NCBI GenBank assembly: GCA_951406725.2
Contig: OX597834.1
Span: 30,504,001-30,568,000 of the forward strand
From: Octopus vulgaris
Taxonomy: Eukaryota
DNA: 64,000 nucleotides
Direction: 5' to 3'
Under the pieces are notes generated by a model. The model did no database searches. It worked only from the letters and a program-made list of their open reading frames with translations, and was not told the DNA's origin. This document shows positions 40,581 through 53,436 of this stretch, in pieces; positions within the stretch are counted from its first letter, which is position 1, and each line of letters opens with the position of its first letter. Position numbers and translations under genes: made by a program.

Positions 40581-41105
40581 AAGGAAGGAAGAGACAGAAA
40601 AAAACCCCTAAAACCAGCTTTTCCATTCTTGAGTTTGACAGGGTTCATTGAGATGTTGGACATCTCTGCAGCCAAATACACTTCCTGTTTCCAACCTCCA
40701 CCTGTTTGCAAGTAAGGTAATGTGTTCTCCCCATGGCCTAGTGGTTAGAGCAGCAGACTCGCGGTTGAGGGATCGCGGGTTCGAATTTCAAACCGGGCGA
40801 TATGTGCGTTTATGAGCAAAACACCTAAGCTCCACGCAGCTCTGGCAGAAGGTAATAGCGAAACATCTGCTGACTCCTTCTATATATAAGGATTGCTTAT
40901 TTTTACCCTTAAATTAGTAATGGAGAAAGACATAGTGTTAGATATAATAAGTAAGCCATTTGGGGCTAGAAATAAAGTGAAAAAACATGAAATTCTTTGA
41001 GCAGGCATGGGTCTTATGCCAAATCTGTGATGAACCCAAATGACGCTGATGACCTGGAGTCACCTCTTATGTGTGTGTATGTGTGTAAAATATATATATT
41101 TATGT

Positions 41106-41415
41106 GGAGGCGCAATGGCCCAGTGGTTAGGTCACCGGACTCGCGGTCGTAGGATCGCGGTTTCGATTCCCAGACCAGGCGTTGTGTATGTTTATTGAGC
41201 GAAAACACCTAAAAGCTCCACAATGCTCCGGCAGGGGGGTGGTGGCGATCCCTGCTGTACTCTTTCGCCATAACTTTCTCTCACTCTTTCTTCTGTTGGC
41301 CTGCTCGCTTAGCCAGCGGGGTGGCGTCATTTGAAGGCTAAAACAATGCGAAGTGCATTGTGACCAGCGATGTGTAGCAACATCTGATAGCCTGGTCGGT
41401 CACGGTGATCATGGT
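41106..41415 (+). mobile_element. tRNA-derived SINE family C variant
   Basis: Shares ~190 bp of head and body with the 53437 copy, then a different tail. Confidence 0.8.
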
Positions 41416-41473
41416 GATATATATATTTATATCACATCGAAACTAACTATGACTTAACTTTTCCTCTCACACC

Positions 41474-41528
41474 GTCTCTGATGAAGGGATATTATTATTA
41501 ATTAATATTCTAGAAACAGCTGTAAGAC
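41474..41528 (+). ncRNA. Candidate minimal type I hammerhead ribozyme
   Basis: GTCT/AGAC stem I, CTGATGA core, stem II GGGATATT/AATATTCT, GAAA, palindromic CAGCTG stem III, GTA cleavage triplet. Confidence 0.65.
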
Positions 41529-44269
41529 CTTCTATCTATAAATGCTCTGATATCTATACAGCCTTGGTTTTTTTATCTCATTACACAAAAAATTCATATA
41601 TATATATATATATATATATATAGATATGTGTGTGTGTGTATTTTTATATAAATAGAGAGAGAGATATACTGTGAGGTCTCTATTTCTGAATTCTTCTGTG
41701 TCTGTGTATTTGAATGGAGTGTCTGTCTGTCTGTCTGTTAATGTTGCATCTATTGACTTCTTTGCTGATACAAACATGTCAACAGATGACTTGTAAATAA
41801 TGGATGATCTGTGTGTGTTAGTATTTTAAATGTGAGCATGTGTGTGTGTTTGTCTGTTTGTCAGTGTGCTTGCGTGGGTGCAGTAGTGCATGTGTGTGAA
41901 AACACTGAAACCTGAGAAGATGGAAAGGTCATTGCTAATATGTTTTGGATTATTAGTTTCCTGTGTGTGTGTGTGTGTTGTGTGTGTGTGTGTGTGTGTG
42001 TGTGTGCATGTGTGTGTGTTCAGCACTTTGACTAAGCTGTCTGTGTCCCAGGTTTCATATAACACACATTTGTCAGCAAGATACGGCTAAGTCAGAAACC
42101 ACACACACATACATACATATATACATACACACACTGAGAAACCTACACACATTCACACATTTATATGAAGGCATTAAGACTATCACATATGTACATGTGG
42201 TGTGTGTGTGTGTGTGTGCATGCTTGTCTCTGTAAAAGGACTAAAATCATGGAGGCTTAGAAGTTTCATATACACCCGAGCCCCTTTTAGTTTTTTTTTT
42301 TATTCCAAGAACGTGGCTGTTGCCAGCGCCGCCCCGACTGGCCTCATGCCGGTGGCACGTAAAAAGCACCATCCGTTCGTGGCCGTTGCCAGCCTCACCT
42401 GGCCCCAATGCCGGTGGCACATAAAAAGCACCATCCAATCGTGGCTGTTGCCAGCCTCGTCTGGCACCTGTGCACCGGTGGCACATAAAAAGCACCCACT
42501 ACACTCACGGAGTGGTTGGCGTTAGCAAGGGCATCCAGCCGTAGAAACATTGCCAGATCAGACTGGGCCTGGTGCAGCCTTCTGGCTTCCCAGAACCCAG
42601 TTGAACCATCCAACCCATGCTAGCATGGAAAGTGGACGCTAAATGATGATGATGATTCCAGTAGTTTTGTTGTTGTTGTCGTTTTTAAGGCCTCAAGCTG
42701 GCAGACTCGTTAGCACACCAGGTAAAATGCTTAGTGACATTTGACCCATCTTTAGTTTCTGAATTCAAATTCTACCAAGTTCAACTTTGCCTTTCATTCT
42801 TTTAGAGTTGATGCAATCGATTAGTCCCCCCTCCCCCAAATTTCAGGCCTTGTGCCTGTACTAGAAACGATTGTTATTATTAGGATTTAGACAACTAATT
42901 ATCTAATTGTCCTGGATATGACTTAATGACCCCGCTACTTGTTGCAGTTTTATTTCAAGAATTTCAGGGTGTTGAAGAATGCAGGTCTACCTCTCAGGCC
43001 CTGTTGTTCCCAAGCCTACTCTGACCCTGGATTAGTAGCACCTTTCAGAGTCCCAGCTATGGGGTAATTAACATATGAAATGAGGTTTGCCATGAATCGT
43101 CATCATCATTTAACGTCCGTTTTCCATGCTTTGACGGTTTGACAGGAATTGACCAGCTAACATGAATCGTCATCATCATTTAACATCCGTTTTCCATGCT
43201 TGGACGGTTTGACAGGAATTGACTAGCTTGAACGGTTGTTCAGGATCCCTGTTTGTTTTGCCATGGTTTCTACTGCTGGACACCCTTCCTAACACCAACC
43301 AATTTACAGAGTATATTGGGTGCTTATACACGGCACCAGCACAGCTGCTTTTTACATGGCACCAGCAATTACAAGCCCACAAGATTAGGGATGCTCAGCT
43401 GGACAGGGTTACAAGGGAAGAGCCCGTATGCAAGGGCAACCACGCTTTTACTTAGCTTGATGTATCTTTTTCAAGCACAGCAAACTGCCTCGAGTCTCAG
43501 TCCCCTATCATCCCCTCTGTGAGTCCCAGCGTCAGTAGATCCTTTTCCACCATTTTGCCAGACCAAATCATGGGTGGCCCCTTGCCAAGCCCTAACATCC
43601 AGTAACCATCCAAGCAAGGGTTACACTGAAATCATGGGTTGCAGTGTGGTGGATGTGAACTACTTCAGCAGATGAATTTATGATGAATATCACTTGATGC
43701 GGATGACCAGATGACCAACTGTCAATGGCCAGGGTCAACCAGTTTTTAGTTAGCAAACTGCTGCTATCATTTGTAGTTGCGTCTTGTGCAGATGAGACAT
43801 TCAGCTCTCAAAAGACCAATTATAATTTATTGGTCCAAGCCAGTCACTCAACTGGATGAGTTAACCAATTAACTAATTAATTGTTTGGTAAATCCAAACC
43901 TGGAACATGGGGAGCCTCTGCTACATAGTTTCCTCCTCCTCCTTCTTCTCTGAACCAGCATGTGATATACTCCCTCTTCTGTCCAAGCCCCCTCACTTCT
44001 TTGAGATTACAAAAGAAACCCTTTATGTGGTTGCCTGATCTAATTGAAATAACAGCTAACCCTCTCCCTCATTTTTTTTTTTTTTTTTTTTTTTTTTGGT
44101 TTGAAAAAGTAAGATTAGATACATGTCATCGGAAAAAAAAATTGATTTGATCATATCTGGAATAATGCTTATCTTAGATCTTTTTTGTTTAGGCCTAAGC
44201 ATCGATTTCTATGAGACATGTAGTTATTAATCTGCTAGAAGAATCACAACCCTTTAGCATTCAGAATTG

Positions 44270-44673
44270 CAGATGTGTTACCAGTGCCGGTGGCATGTAA
44301 GAGAACCTTCCGTTTCGCGACCGTTACCAGCGCCACCCCGACTGACCTCGTGCCGGTGGCATGTAAAAAGCACCATCCGTTCGTGTCCGTTGCCAGCCTT
44401 GCCTGGCCCCGTGCCGGTGGCACATAAAAAGCACCATCCGTTCGTGGCCGTTTGCCAGCTCTGTCTGGCACCTGTGCGGGTGGCATGTAAAAAGCACCCA
44501 CTACACTCACGGAGTGGTTGGCGTTAGGAAGGGCATCCAGCCATAGAAACACTGCCAGATTTGACTGGGCCTGATGAAGCCTTCTGGCTTCACAGACCCC
44601 AGTAGAACCGTCCAACCCATGCTACCATGGAAAACGGATGCTAAACGATGATGATGATGATGATGATGATGAT
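44270..44673 (+). mobile_element. SINE-like family D with internal ~57-65 bp tandem units and (GAT)n tail, representative copy
   Basis: Repeated GGTGGCACRTAAAAAGCACC units, AGGAAGGGCATCCAG motif, GATGAT tail. Copies near 3836-4215, 17640-17862, 18530-18810, 38296-38730, 42310-42657, 45620-45946 and 59672-59985. Confidence 0.85.
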
Positions 44674-45948
44674 TGCTCTGTGAAATGTAAAGCTTACATT
44701 TTCACATTGTTCTTCGTTAACTATTTACACATTACCTCGAGGCTACAAGATTTTAACGATCTGATTGCTTATTTCATAGAATTACATTCAAAGTAATTTT
44801 CATTTAAGCTTTCCATTCAGAAAGTCCTGAAGGCCACAAATTTGCTCATCACCGTCCCACGTAGTGGCTCAACCAGCTAGAAATAGTAGCCAAGTCTTGC
44901 TAAAATCGAACCATACCAATATTTCAGAAAAAGACACGATGTTGAATAATGTGATTTTAAGGTTCCCTACACAAAGGGGATAAGATTGGATGGTCACAGC
45001 CTTGATCATACACAGATATGTTTCATCAGTGCTGACCCGGGGCTAAACAATGGCAACTGTTATGATTTGCAAAAGTTCAAGCTGAACGTCAACCACATTA
45101 GGCTCTAACGAAAGGAAGGGCTCACAAAAGGTCATGGCCACTTTACGCCCCCACTTTTATTTTATTTTACTGCTTCAAGAAATGTTATCTTTATCACTTT
45201 GACATTTTCCTAGAATTTTCTACATAATGTCACCATAGAAACCTATTGATGATGATGATGATGATGATAATCTCAAACGGCAACTGAAGAAAACGGAATT
45301 AATTTTCTTTTGTAATTCTAGTTAAATGTTGTTAATGACACAACTAATTTGAATGTTAATAAATTAAAAAAAGAAGGAAAATGGTAAATTAGATTCTGTT
45401 GTTATAAGTGGGGGCGGCAGTTATTAACCAATTATTCTCTTTTTTTTTTCAAACCTGATGACCAATACGTATACTTACCTTGCTTTTTGCTCTTTTGAAT
45501 ACTAAAGGGTTTTAATAATAATAATAACAATAACGAAGGTGCAGTTACAACTGGTGGTCAGATTCTGCATAAGGAGTAGACAACCTCCATACATATATAT
45601 ATATATAATTGAACCAGCCAGGATCCCTGGTCTGGTGGTACGTAAAAAGCACTATCCGACTCGTGGCCGATGCCAGCGCCGCCTCGACTGGCTTCCGTGC
45701 CGGTGGCACGTAAAATACACCAATCCGACCGTGGCCGTTGCCAGCCTCGCCTGGCACCTGTGCAGGTGACACGTAAAAAGCACCCACTACACTCACGGAG
45801 TGGTTGGCGTTAGGAAGGGCATCCAGCTATAGAAACATTGCCAGATAAGACTGGAGCCTGGTGCAGCCTTCTGGCTTCCCAGATCCCCGGTCGAACCGTC
45901 CAACCCATGCTAGCATGGAGAACGGACGTTAAACGGTGATGATGATAT

Positions 45949-46150
45949 ATCAAAATAAGCAACAAGTATATCCGAGGTAATGTGGTACGATCGTTTCATG
46001 CTACTTCATTTTATTAAACACTGTAAGCATTACATCAGTTTTAAAATGTCGAGCAATCTTCAGCCACCTTTAGAAATTTTCCAAACAAATGGAAGTAGCA
46101 TGAAATGATCGTACCACATTACCTCGGATATACTTGTTGCTTATTTTGAT
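45949..46150. repeat. Inverted repeat with 59-bp arms and an 84-bp spacer
   Basis: 45949-46007 is the reverse complement of 46092-46150 with one mismatch. Confidence 0.92.
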
Positions 46151-46232
46151 TGTAATCACCCCTTGGATTTATATGGATAATACCATACAAAATTCTGGTG
46201 CCTTTGACTTAAGTACCATATTCATCTGAATC

Positions 46233-46263
<31 letters not shown>

Positions 46264-46749
46264 CATCATTTAACACCCATTTTTCCATACTAGCATGGGT
46301 TAGACTGTTTGACCAGAGCTGGCAAGGTCAGGGGTCACACCAGGCTCCATTGTCTGTTGTGGCATGATTTCTATGGCTGGATGCCCTTCCTAACACCAAC
46401 CACTCTACAGTGTGTACAAGGTGCTTTTTATGTGGCACTCGCACCAGTATTAGTTCTGCTGTGGTGGTCAGGTCTTCCCGAGTTCAGCAATGTGTGCCAG
46501 ATATCTCAGCCCTTTCTAAGGCTCAGTGTCTTGAGATCAGCCTTCAGTACTTCGTTCCATCCCTTCCTGGGTTTCCACAAGTTCCGTAACATATATATAT
46601 ATATAGATTATCCCTTAACAAGAATAGTGTTAACAGTGGTTTCAACCTTTAGACTTGCTTAACCTTCATCGAGCAGTCAGTTGAAGGCTAAGCAGGCAGA
46701 AACTTCAAAGTCCCTGTCAACACTGTTCTTGTTACAAAAAGATAGATAT

Positions 46750-47176
46750 GGGATCTTTTCGGTTTGAACGGCAGTTTTTTCTAGCGGTGTCATATGAAAT
46801 TGTCACCCATAATTATGACCCTAGTATCGATCTATTGCATTTCAATCTCTTTTAGGGTTAGGGTTAGTTAGGGGTGGGGGGAAGGGTATCTTTTTTTTCT
46901 TCACAAATGTAAATAAACCCAATCTGTTTCTTAAACGAGGGACATATTCATACGACACAGAATGTTTTTTTTACCTCAATAGACGTCAGTGATTGGTTGA
47001 AATTGCTGAAATTGAAGAGAAAAAAACAACAAATATCTTGCAAACTATAAAATTTTCTCAATAAAGCCAAGAGAAAAAGATGTTTTATAAACACATTCTA
47101 CCAGTATACGAAATTTAAAATTTTTTAGTTACCTAGAAATTATGTTAAAAACTGCCGTTCAAACTGAAAAGATCCT
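46750..47176. mobile_element. Non-autonomous TIR DNA transposon with internal TTAGGG repeats (copy 2)
   Basis: Same TIRs and body as 375-805. Flanking direct repeat AGATAT on both sides. Confidence 0.85.
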
Positions 47177-48397
47177 AGATATATATGTACTATAAAAAAC
47201 ATATCGAGTAATTTTAAAGTAAAATTGTTTTTATTATAACTTGACATAAAAACAAAATTAATATGTGTGTACGTGTGTGCACATGTTTGTATACATTCAT
47301 ATTACAAATATATATATATAACACAGTACACACACACACACACACACACTAACATAATATGCATCCATAAATACATACAAACCCATTAATACTTAAATGG
47401 CATTTTTTTTTTTTTTTCCTGCAGAATAACCTTTAGCCCATTTTTCACTCCCCGCCTTCCTCCTCCTCATCCTCCTCATCATCATCATCTTCTCCTTTCT
47501 CCTCCTCCTCACCATCATCATCATCTTCTCCTCCTTTCTCACCATCATCATCATCATCATCTTCTCCTCCTTTCTCCTCCTCCTCCTCCTCACCATCATC
47601 ATCTCCTTTCTCCTCCTCCTCACCATCATCATCATCTTCTCCTTTCTCCTCCTCCACCTCCACCTCTTCCTCATCATCATCATCATCATCTCCTTTCTCC
47701 TCCTCACCATCATCATCATCTCCTTTCTCCTCCTCACCATCATCATCATCATCATCTCCTTTCTCCTCTCACTTTATTCCTCATATTGAGTCTCTAGAAG
47801 ATAGTTTGTTTTCTAATAGCAATGTTAGTAGTAGTGGTGGTGGTGGTGGTGGTGGAGATGGTGACATTGGTGGTGATGTTGATGGCGGCAGCAGCAGCAG
47901 TAGTAGCAGCAGCGGTGGTGGTGGTGTGTAATTCAGGGAACAGAAGGTATAAAAACCCCAGTAAACCAGATGATAATAGTTTATAAAATGCTGTTACTGA
48001 TAAAGCTATAAATATTTACATTGCAAATCTTACTCACACTGCAGCAATGTAATCTCCACCGAACACCCTGCCCCCCCTCCGCCCCCCACCTTTTTTTTGT
48101 CTGCTTTTCAGGGACCACAAATTGATTATATACAGTTTGCTTAGAAAATGATACAGTTTCATGTTCTCTCTCTCCTACCTGCATTCCAATAACACATCGA
48201 ACACCATCCATTTGAAATATAATGATACTCCTGTAAATAATCCCCTAGTTTTTATTTTCATGTATTTATTTATTTATTTATTTTATTTATTTTTTTTTGT
48301 AACAAGGGACATTGACATTATATATTGATGTGTTGAAATGCGCACACACACACACACACACAGACGCTTGCATGCACACACAAACACATATGCACGC

Positions 48398-48607
48398 TCT
48401 CTTTTACTCTTTTACTTGTTTCAGTCATTTGACTGCGGCCATGCTGGAGCACCGCCTTTAGTCGAGCAAATCGACCCCGGGACTTATTCTTTGTAAGCCC
48501 AGTACTTATTCTATCGGTCTCTTTTGCCGAACCGCTAAGTGACGGGGACGTAAACACACCAGCATCGGTTGTCAAGCTAGGGGGACAAACACACACACAC
48601 GCATATA

Positions 48608-48656
<49 letters not shown>

Positions 48657-48835
48657 CATACATACATATATACGACAGGCTTCTTTTAGTTTCCGTCTAC
48701 CAAATCTACTCACAAGGCATTGATCTGCCCGGGGCTATAGCAGAAGACACTTGCCCAAGATGCCACGCAGTGGGACTGAACCTGGAACCATGTGGTTGGT
48801 TAGCAAGCTACTTACCACACAGCCACTCCTGCGCC
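48398..48835 (-). mobile_element. SINE family A
   Basis: Full-length reverse copy. Confidence 0.9.
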
Positions 48836-49173
48836 AATTGACTTAATTGACACATAAACAAAGATACATACAAACACAAACATACTTACCCATACATATG
48901 CAGGCACACTCCACTCACCTATTACAGCTACATTGGACCCACAAGAGTTTTGCTCTAATGTGGAATTCCACAATATGAAATGGTATTCTGCCTTAGACTT
49001 CCATCTGACATGTAAATCATTGGGAAACAGCACCCATATTTTGGAATTTTTGCTTTAACTTAGCAAGCCAGCAAAATGAGAACAATAAAATATGTACCAA
49101 ACATAAACTGTGATCAATTTCATTGCCTAAACTCTTCAAGGGATTGTCCTTCATGGAAGTATATTTCCAAACA

Positions 49174-49385
49174 GGCGGCCAGCTGGCAGAAGCGTTAGCA
49201 CGCCGGACGCTGCCGTTACGTTCTGAGTTCAAATTCCGCCGAGTTCGACTTTGCCTTTCATCATTTCGGGGTCGATAAATTAAGTACCAGTTACGCACTG
49301 GGGTCGATGTAATTGACTTAATCCATTTGTCTGTCCTTGTTTGTGTTCTCTGTGTTTAGCCCCTTGTGTGTAGTAAAGAAATATA
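49174..49385 (+). mobile_element. SINE family B with target-site duplication
   Basis: TATATTTCCAAACAGG repeated on both flanks. Confidence 0.85.
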
Positions 49386-50297
49386 TATATTTCCAAACAG
49401 GATCTATCTCTGTTTGACCAGCAATGTATAACATCTGATAGCCTGGTCAATCACATGATATATATATGTGTGTGTGTGTGTGTATGTGTGTATGTATATA
49501 ATAAAGAACACTACTAGTTCGTGTTAGGGAAAGGTTAGTATTAAATGGCATTTGGCATGACTAGTAATGTGTTGTGATTAAACACCGTATTCGACCGAAC
49601 AATAAATTTTTCAGATGAGGTTGAAAGGAAAAATTTAATTATTTGTTTGTGCTTGATATCGCCAGCCATGTGTTGTAGAGACATCTGGTTAGACTCACCA
49701 GCAAATGGGAAAATGCTGAAGATTCACAAGTACATCAAGATGTGTGTGTGTGTGTGTGTGAGACCTGCGTTTACATGAACATATGTGAACAAACAAATAT
49801 ATACATGTACACTCACATTTCATCAACATCATCATCATCAGTTTGTGCTAGTTTTACATGCTGGATGGGTTGTCACAATCTGAATGAGTCTATTATTTTT
49901 TTTTTATCTGGAGGTCAGAGGAGAGGTCTCAGACTTCCATTTCATTTTGGCATTAGTTATACATTTTGGTACCCTTACTAGTACCAGATTAATGTGTGTG
50001 TGTGTGTGTGTGTGTGTATCATCATCATCATTGTTCGACCGTGGTCGAGACTTTCATAGTCTTTTCAAATGGCTAATAATGTGTGCGCGCGCCACTACTA
50101 CACACATTGGAAAACATTGTACAACCAAGTACTAAAGAAGATCTTTCCTCCTCCATGTAACAAAGCTGTTCCCGCTGGACGTCAACCCAGTATTTCTAAG
50201 CTACGGACCCAGTGATTTATTGTGAGGTTATCTCCATAGCAGATTGCCTTCACTACGGCTAAGGAGCCCTTTCTACTCCATATTAAAAATACCTTAA

Positions 50298-50519
50298 CCC
50301 TTTCGTTATTGTATTTATTTTGAGATGCTCTGTGTTTCTTTCAATTAATTTTAAATATAAACAAAGAATTCAGTAAAATAACTTAGTTATCATTAAGCTA
50401 GTGTTAGGGACATAAATTGTGACTAAGGTTTGGTGGAAGATTTTAATTCAAAACTTATGAAAACAAGACATTTGTACTCAGAGCAAGAGGTGGTTTCAGC
50501 TGGGTTGGTATCGAAAGGG
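50298..50519. mobile_element. piggyBac-type MITE family 2 (222 bp)
   Basis: TTAA|CCCTTTCG...CGAAAGGG|TTAA. Diverged relatives at ~35530-36020, ~36094-36530 and ~51770-51897. Confidence 0.8.
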
Positions 50520-50788
50520 TTAAATTAGTCATTTGTTAACCCTTTTGTGTGTGTATAGATGTATGTGTAGGTGTGTATATACACATAGTCAAGACTATTG
50601 AAAAGGTTGCAAGACGCAACGAAAATTTTAGGAAAATAAAAAGACGAAATAAGTGGAAATTTTACCGGTGAGTGTGTTAAATAATATGGTACTGAAAGAG
50701 AATGACTCTTCCCAGACACAACAGAATATGCTTCAACACACGAACTCATATAAAGAATCTTGCAAACCAAATCCAAAAACGACACATA

Positions 50789-51186
50789 GGTGCAGGAGTG
50801 GCTGTGTGGTAAGTAGCTTGCTTACCAACCACATGGTTCCGGGTTCAGTCCCACTGCTTGGCATCTTGGGCAAGTGTCTTCTACTATAGCCTCGGGCCAA
50901 CCAAAGCCTTGTGAGTGGATTTGGTAGACGGAAACTGAAAGAAGCCCGTCGTATATATGTATGTATATATATATATATATATGTTTGTGTGTCTGTGTTT
51001 GTCCCCCTAGCATTGCTTGACAACCGATGCTGGTGTGTTTACGTCCCCGTCACTTAGCAGTTCGGCAAAAGAGACCGATAGAATAAGTACTGGGCTTACA
51101 AAGAATAAGTCCTGGGATCGATTTGCTCGACTAAAGGCGGTGCTCCAGCATGGCCACAGTCAAATGACTGAAACAAGTAAAAGAGT
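50789..51186 (+). mobile_element. SINE family A
   Basis: Full-length forward copy. Confidence 0.9.
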
Positions 51187-51544
51187 ATATGTATATGTGA
51201 AAAGTATGGGCAAACATGCAAGTGTTCTATGCTTGTTTTACCATTATGGTTGTTTGGAGCCCCTGCAATAAGTATTCCCATTGTATTTTGATGCTCAACC
51301 ACAATCACTCCTTAGGGAACACTTCATTGCTTTAAGATAGATAATTAGGTCCATGTGTGTGTGATCATTAATTTTCATGTTAACGGGGTCTCTATGCTTG
51401 CATGGGTTGGGTAGCATTTTGCTGAGGTAGATCTTTTTTACAGCTGGAGCCCTTCCTGTCACCAACCCTTACCTGTTTCCTAATAAGGTAGTGTTTTCCC
51501 AGAAGACTGGAAATAAAAGATTAAGAGTGAACAAAGTATATTAA

Positions 51545-51765
51545 CCCTTTAGCATTTAAACTGGCCATATCCGGCCAAAAGTATTCTGCCTGTTTTATGT
51601 TCAAACTGGCCAGATCTGGTCTCTCACACCAACCCTACAATATCGTTTTAAAAATTAACAGCTACCTCATCAAAATCTCATAGTTACAAGATAATGCGTG
51701 ATTAGTTCAAAACAAAGTGGATTAAAAAGCATTAATTTTGGCAGAATAATGTGAACCCTAAAGGG
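51545..51765. mobile_element. piggyBac-type MITE family 1 (221 bp)
   Basis: TTAA TSD. Close reverse complement of 22489-22709. Confidence 0.85.
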
Positions 51766-52349
51766 TTAAAGCTTTGCATCAAAATATCAATTCATGTTTC
51801 AAGCACCAGATTAATCACGATAAAGTTTATTTTATCAAATTCTTTGTTATTTTCAAAATCAGTATATTTCAACAAAAATCTCACAACAGAAGGGCTAAGA
51901 ATTGAATAAAATGTAATGTTACTTATAGAAAGTGATGTGAAATTCATGAAAGGAATTTAAAATAATTATATTTTCTTCCAGTTTAATAAATTTAATTATA
52001 AATTTTTTAACATATGGCATATACAATTTATGAAAACTCTTTAACATCTGTTGAAAAAAAATGTTTTTTATTTAAAAAAAAAATAATGTTATTTTCATTT
52101 TCACAAATTCTTGCTGTTTCAACATTTCTCATAATATTTCAAAGAAGTATCATCCTTCAAGCCTTCTTTGACTGGCTTGTAGAACATTCTTCTTAAATAT
52201 CATTGTCATCAATCCCTGGACATTACAGTCCCAGGTCTGAGGACTTATGGGGCTGGTAACATCGTTTTCATAGTGTATAAACAATTGAGACCACAACATT
52301 CCTCCTGGATGATATGACAGACCATTGCAGGATTATGCATATACAGGCA

Positions 52350-52747
52350 TACTCTTTTACTTGTTTCAGTCATTTGACTGCGGCCATGCTGGAGCACCAC
52401 CTTTAGTCGAGCAAATCGACCCCGGGACTTATTCTTTGTAAGCCCAGTACTTATTCTATCGGTCTCTTTTGCCAAACCGCTAAGTGACGGGGGACGTAAA
52501 CACACCAGCATCGGTTGTCAAGCAATGCTAGGGGGACAAACACAGACACACAAACACACACATACATATATATATACATGTATACAACAGGCTTCTTTCA
52601 GTTTCCGTCTACCAAATCCACTCAGAAGGCTTTGGTCGGCCCAGGGCTATAGCAGAAGACACTTGCCCAAGATGTCACGTAGTGGGACTGAACCCGGAAC
52701 CATGTGGTTGGTAAGCAAGCTACTTACCACACAGCCACTCCTGCGCC
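52350..52747 (-). mobile_element. SINE family A
   Basis: Full-length reverse copy ~215 bp upstream of the 52962 exon. Confidence 0.9.
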
Positions 52748-52961
52748 TAAAGCAGTGTAAAATGAAGTGTTTTGCTCAAGAATACAATGCACCACCTGGT
52801 CCAGGAATTGAAACCGTGTGATCTTGCAATTACCAGTACAACACTCTAACCACTTGGCCATCTGCAGTCATTCTTCTTTAGTATGGACAACAATCAAGTG
52901 TTTCTCTATCCGTCTAACTATTTATATACCTATTCATATATTTGTGTTGTGTTTGTTTCAG

Positions 52962-53170
52962 ATACTATGAATGGAAGAAGAGCGGCCAAACGAAACAGCC
53001 CTACTTCATCACACAGCAAACACATGATGTGAAACCCAGTATAAAAGTGGAAGCAGAGGACGTGAAAAAGGAAGATCTCTCCATGATTAAAAGTGAAGTT
53101 AAAACTGAAGTCAAGACTGAAATTAAAACTGAAGATGATGCAGGGAAGGAAACGAAAGAAAGTGTTTCTG
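52962..53170 (+). CDS. HMCES: HMCES/SRAP coding exon (YYEW motif plus Lys/Glu-rich insertion)
   Basis: tttcAG acceptor. GG+A completes Gly, giving the conserved G-Y-Y-E-W (catalytic Glu) followed by KQPYFI. G|GTAAAG donor at 53171. 209 nt, phase 2-1. Confidence 0.9.
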
Positions 53171-53242
53171 GTAAAGAAATAACTTGACATGTTTTGACAG
53201 AATTTATTTCATACATCATCATTATCCTTTAAGGCCCTCATG

Positions 53243-53350
53243 CTTTCCGAAATCCGCCGAAACTACACCTGATTATATATACACTTTAGATGAGTTGTAG
53301 TGCACCTGAGCACTGTACACAATTATTATTATTATTATTATTATTATTAT
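53243..53350 (+). mobile_element. Retroposon 3' tail fragment ending in (ATT)n
   Basis: ...GAGTTGTAGTGCACCTGAGCACTGTACACAATTATTATT. Recurs inverted at ~17548-17642 and partially at ~63047-63089. Confidence 0.6.
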
Positions 53351-53436
53351 CCACCACCACTGCCACTACCCTCATCATCAACGCCACCACCACCACCATC
53401 ATCATCTTCTTTTACTGCCCATTGTCCATGCTGCTT

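Noticed and set aside
45474-45502. Strong minus-strand donor (AAG|GTAAGT) with a possible 23-nt microexon
   Set aside because: No partner exons or recognisable peptide, and such a motif is expected by chance in 64 kb.
46020-46070. Second hammerhead on the minus strand (CTGAAGA...AAAACTGATGTA)
   Set aside because: GAAA core is absent and stems I and II do not pair convincingly.
47393-47755. Acidic or Met/Arg-rich ORFs on the minus strand
   Set aside because: TCA/TCC low-complexity repeat with no splice or homology support.
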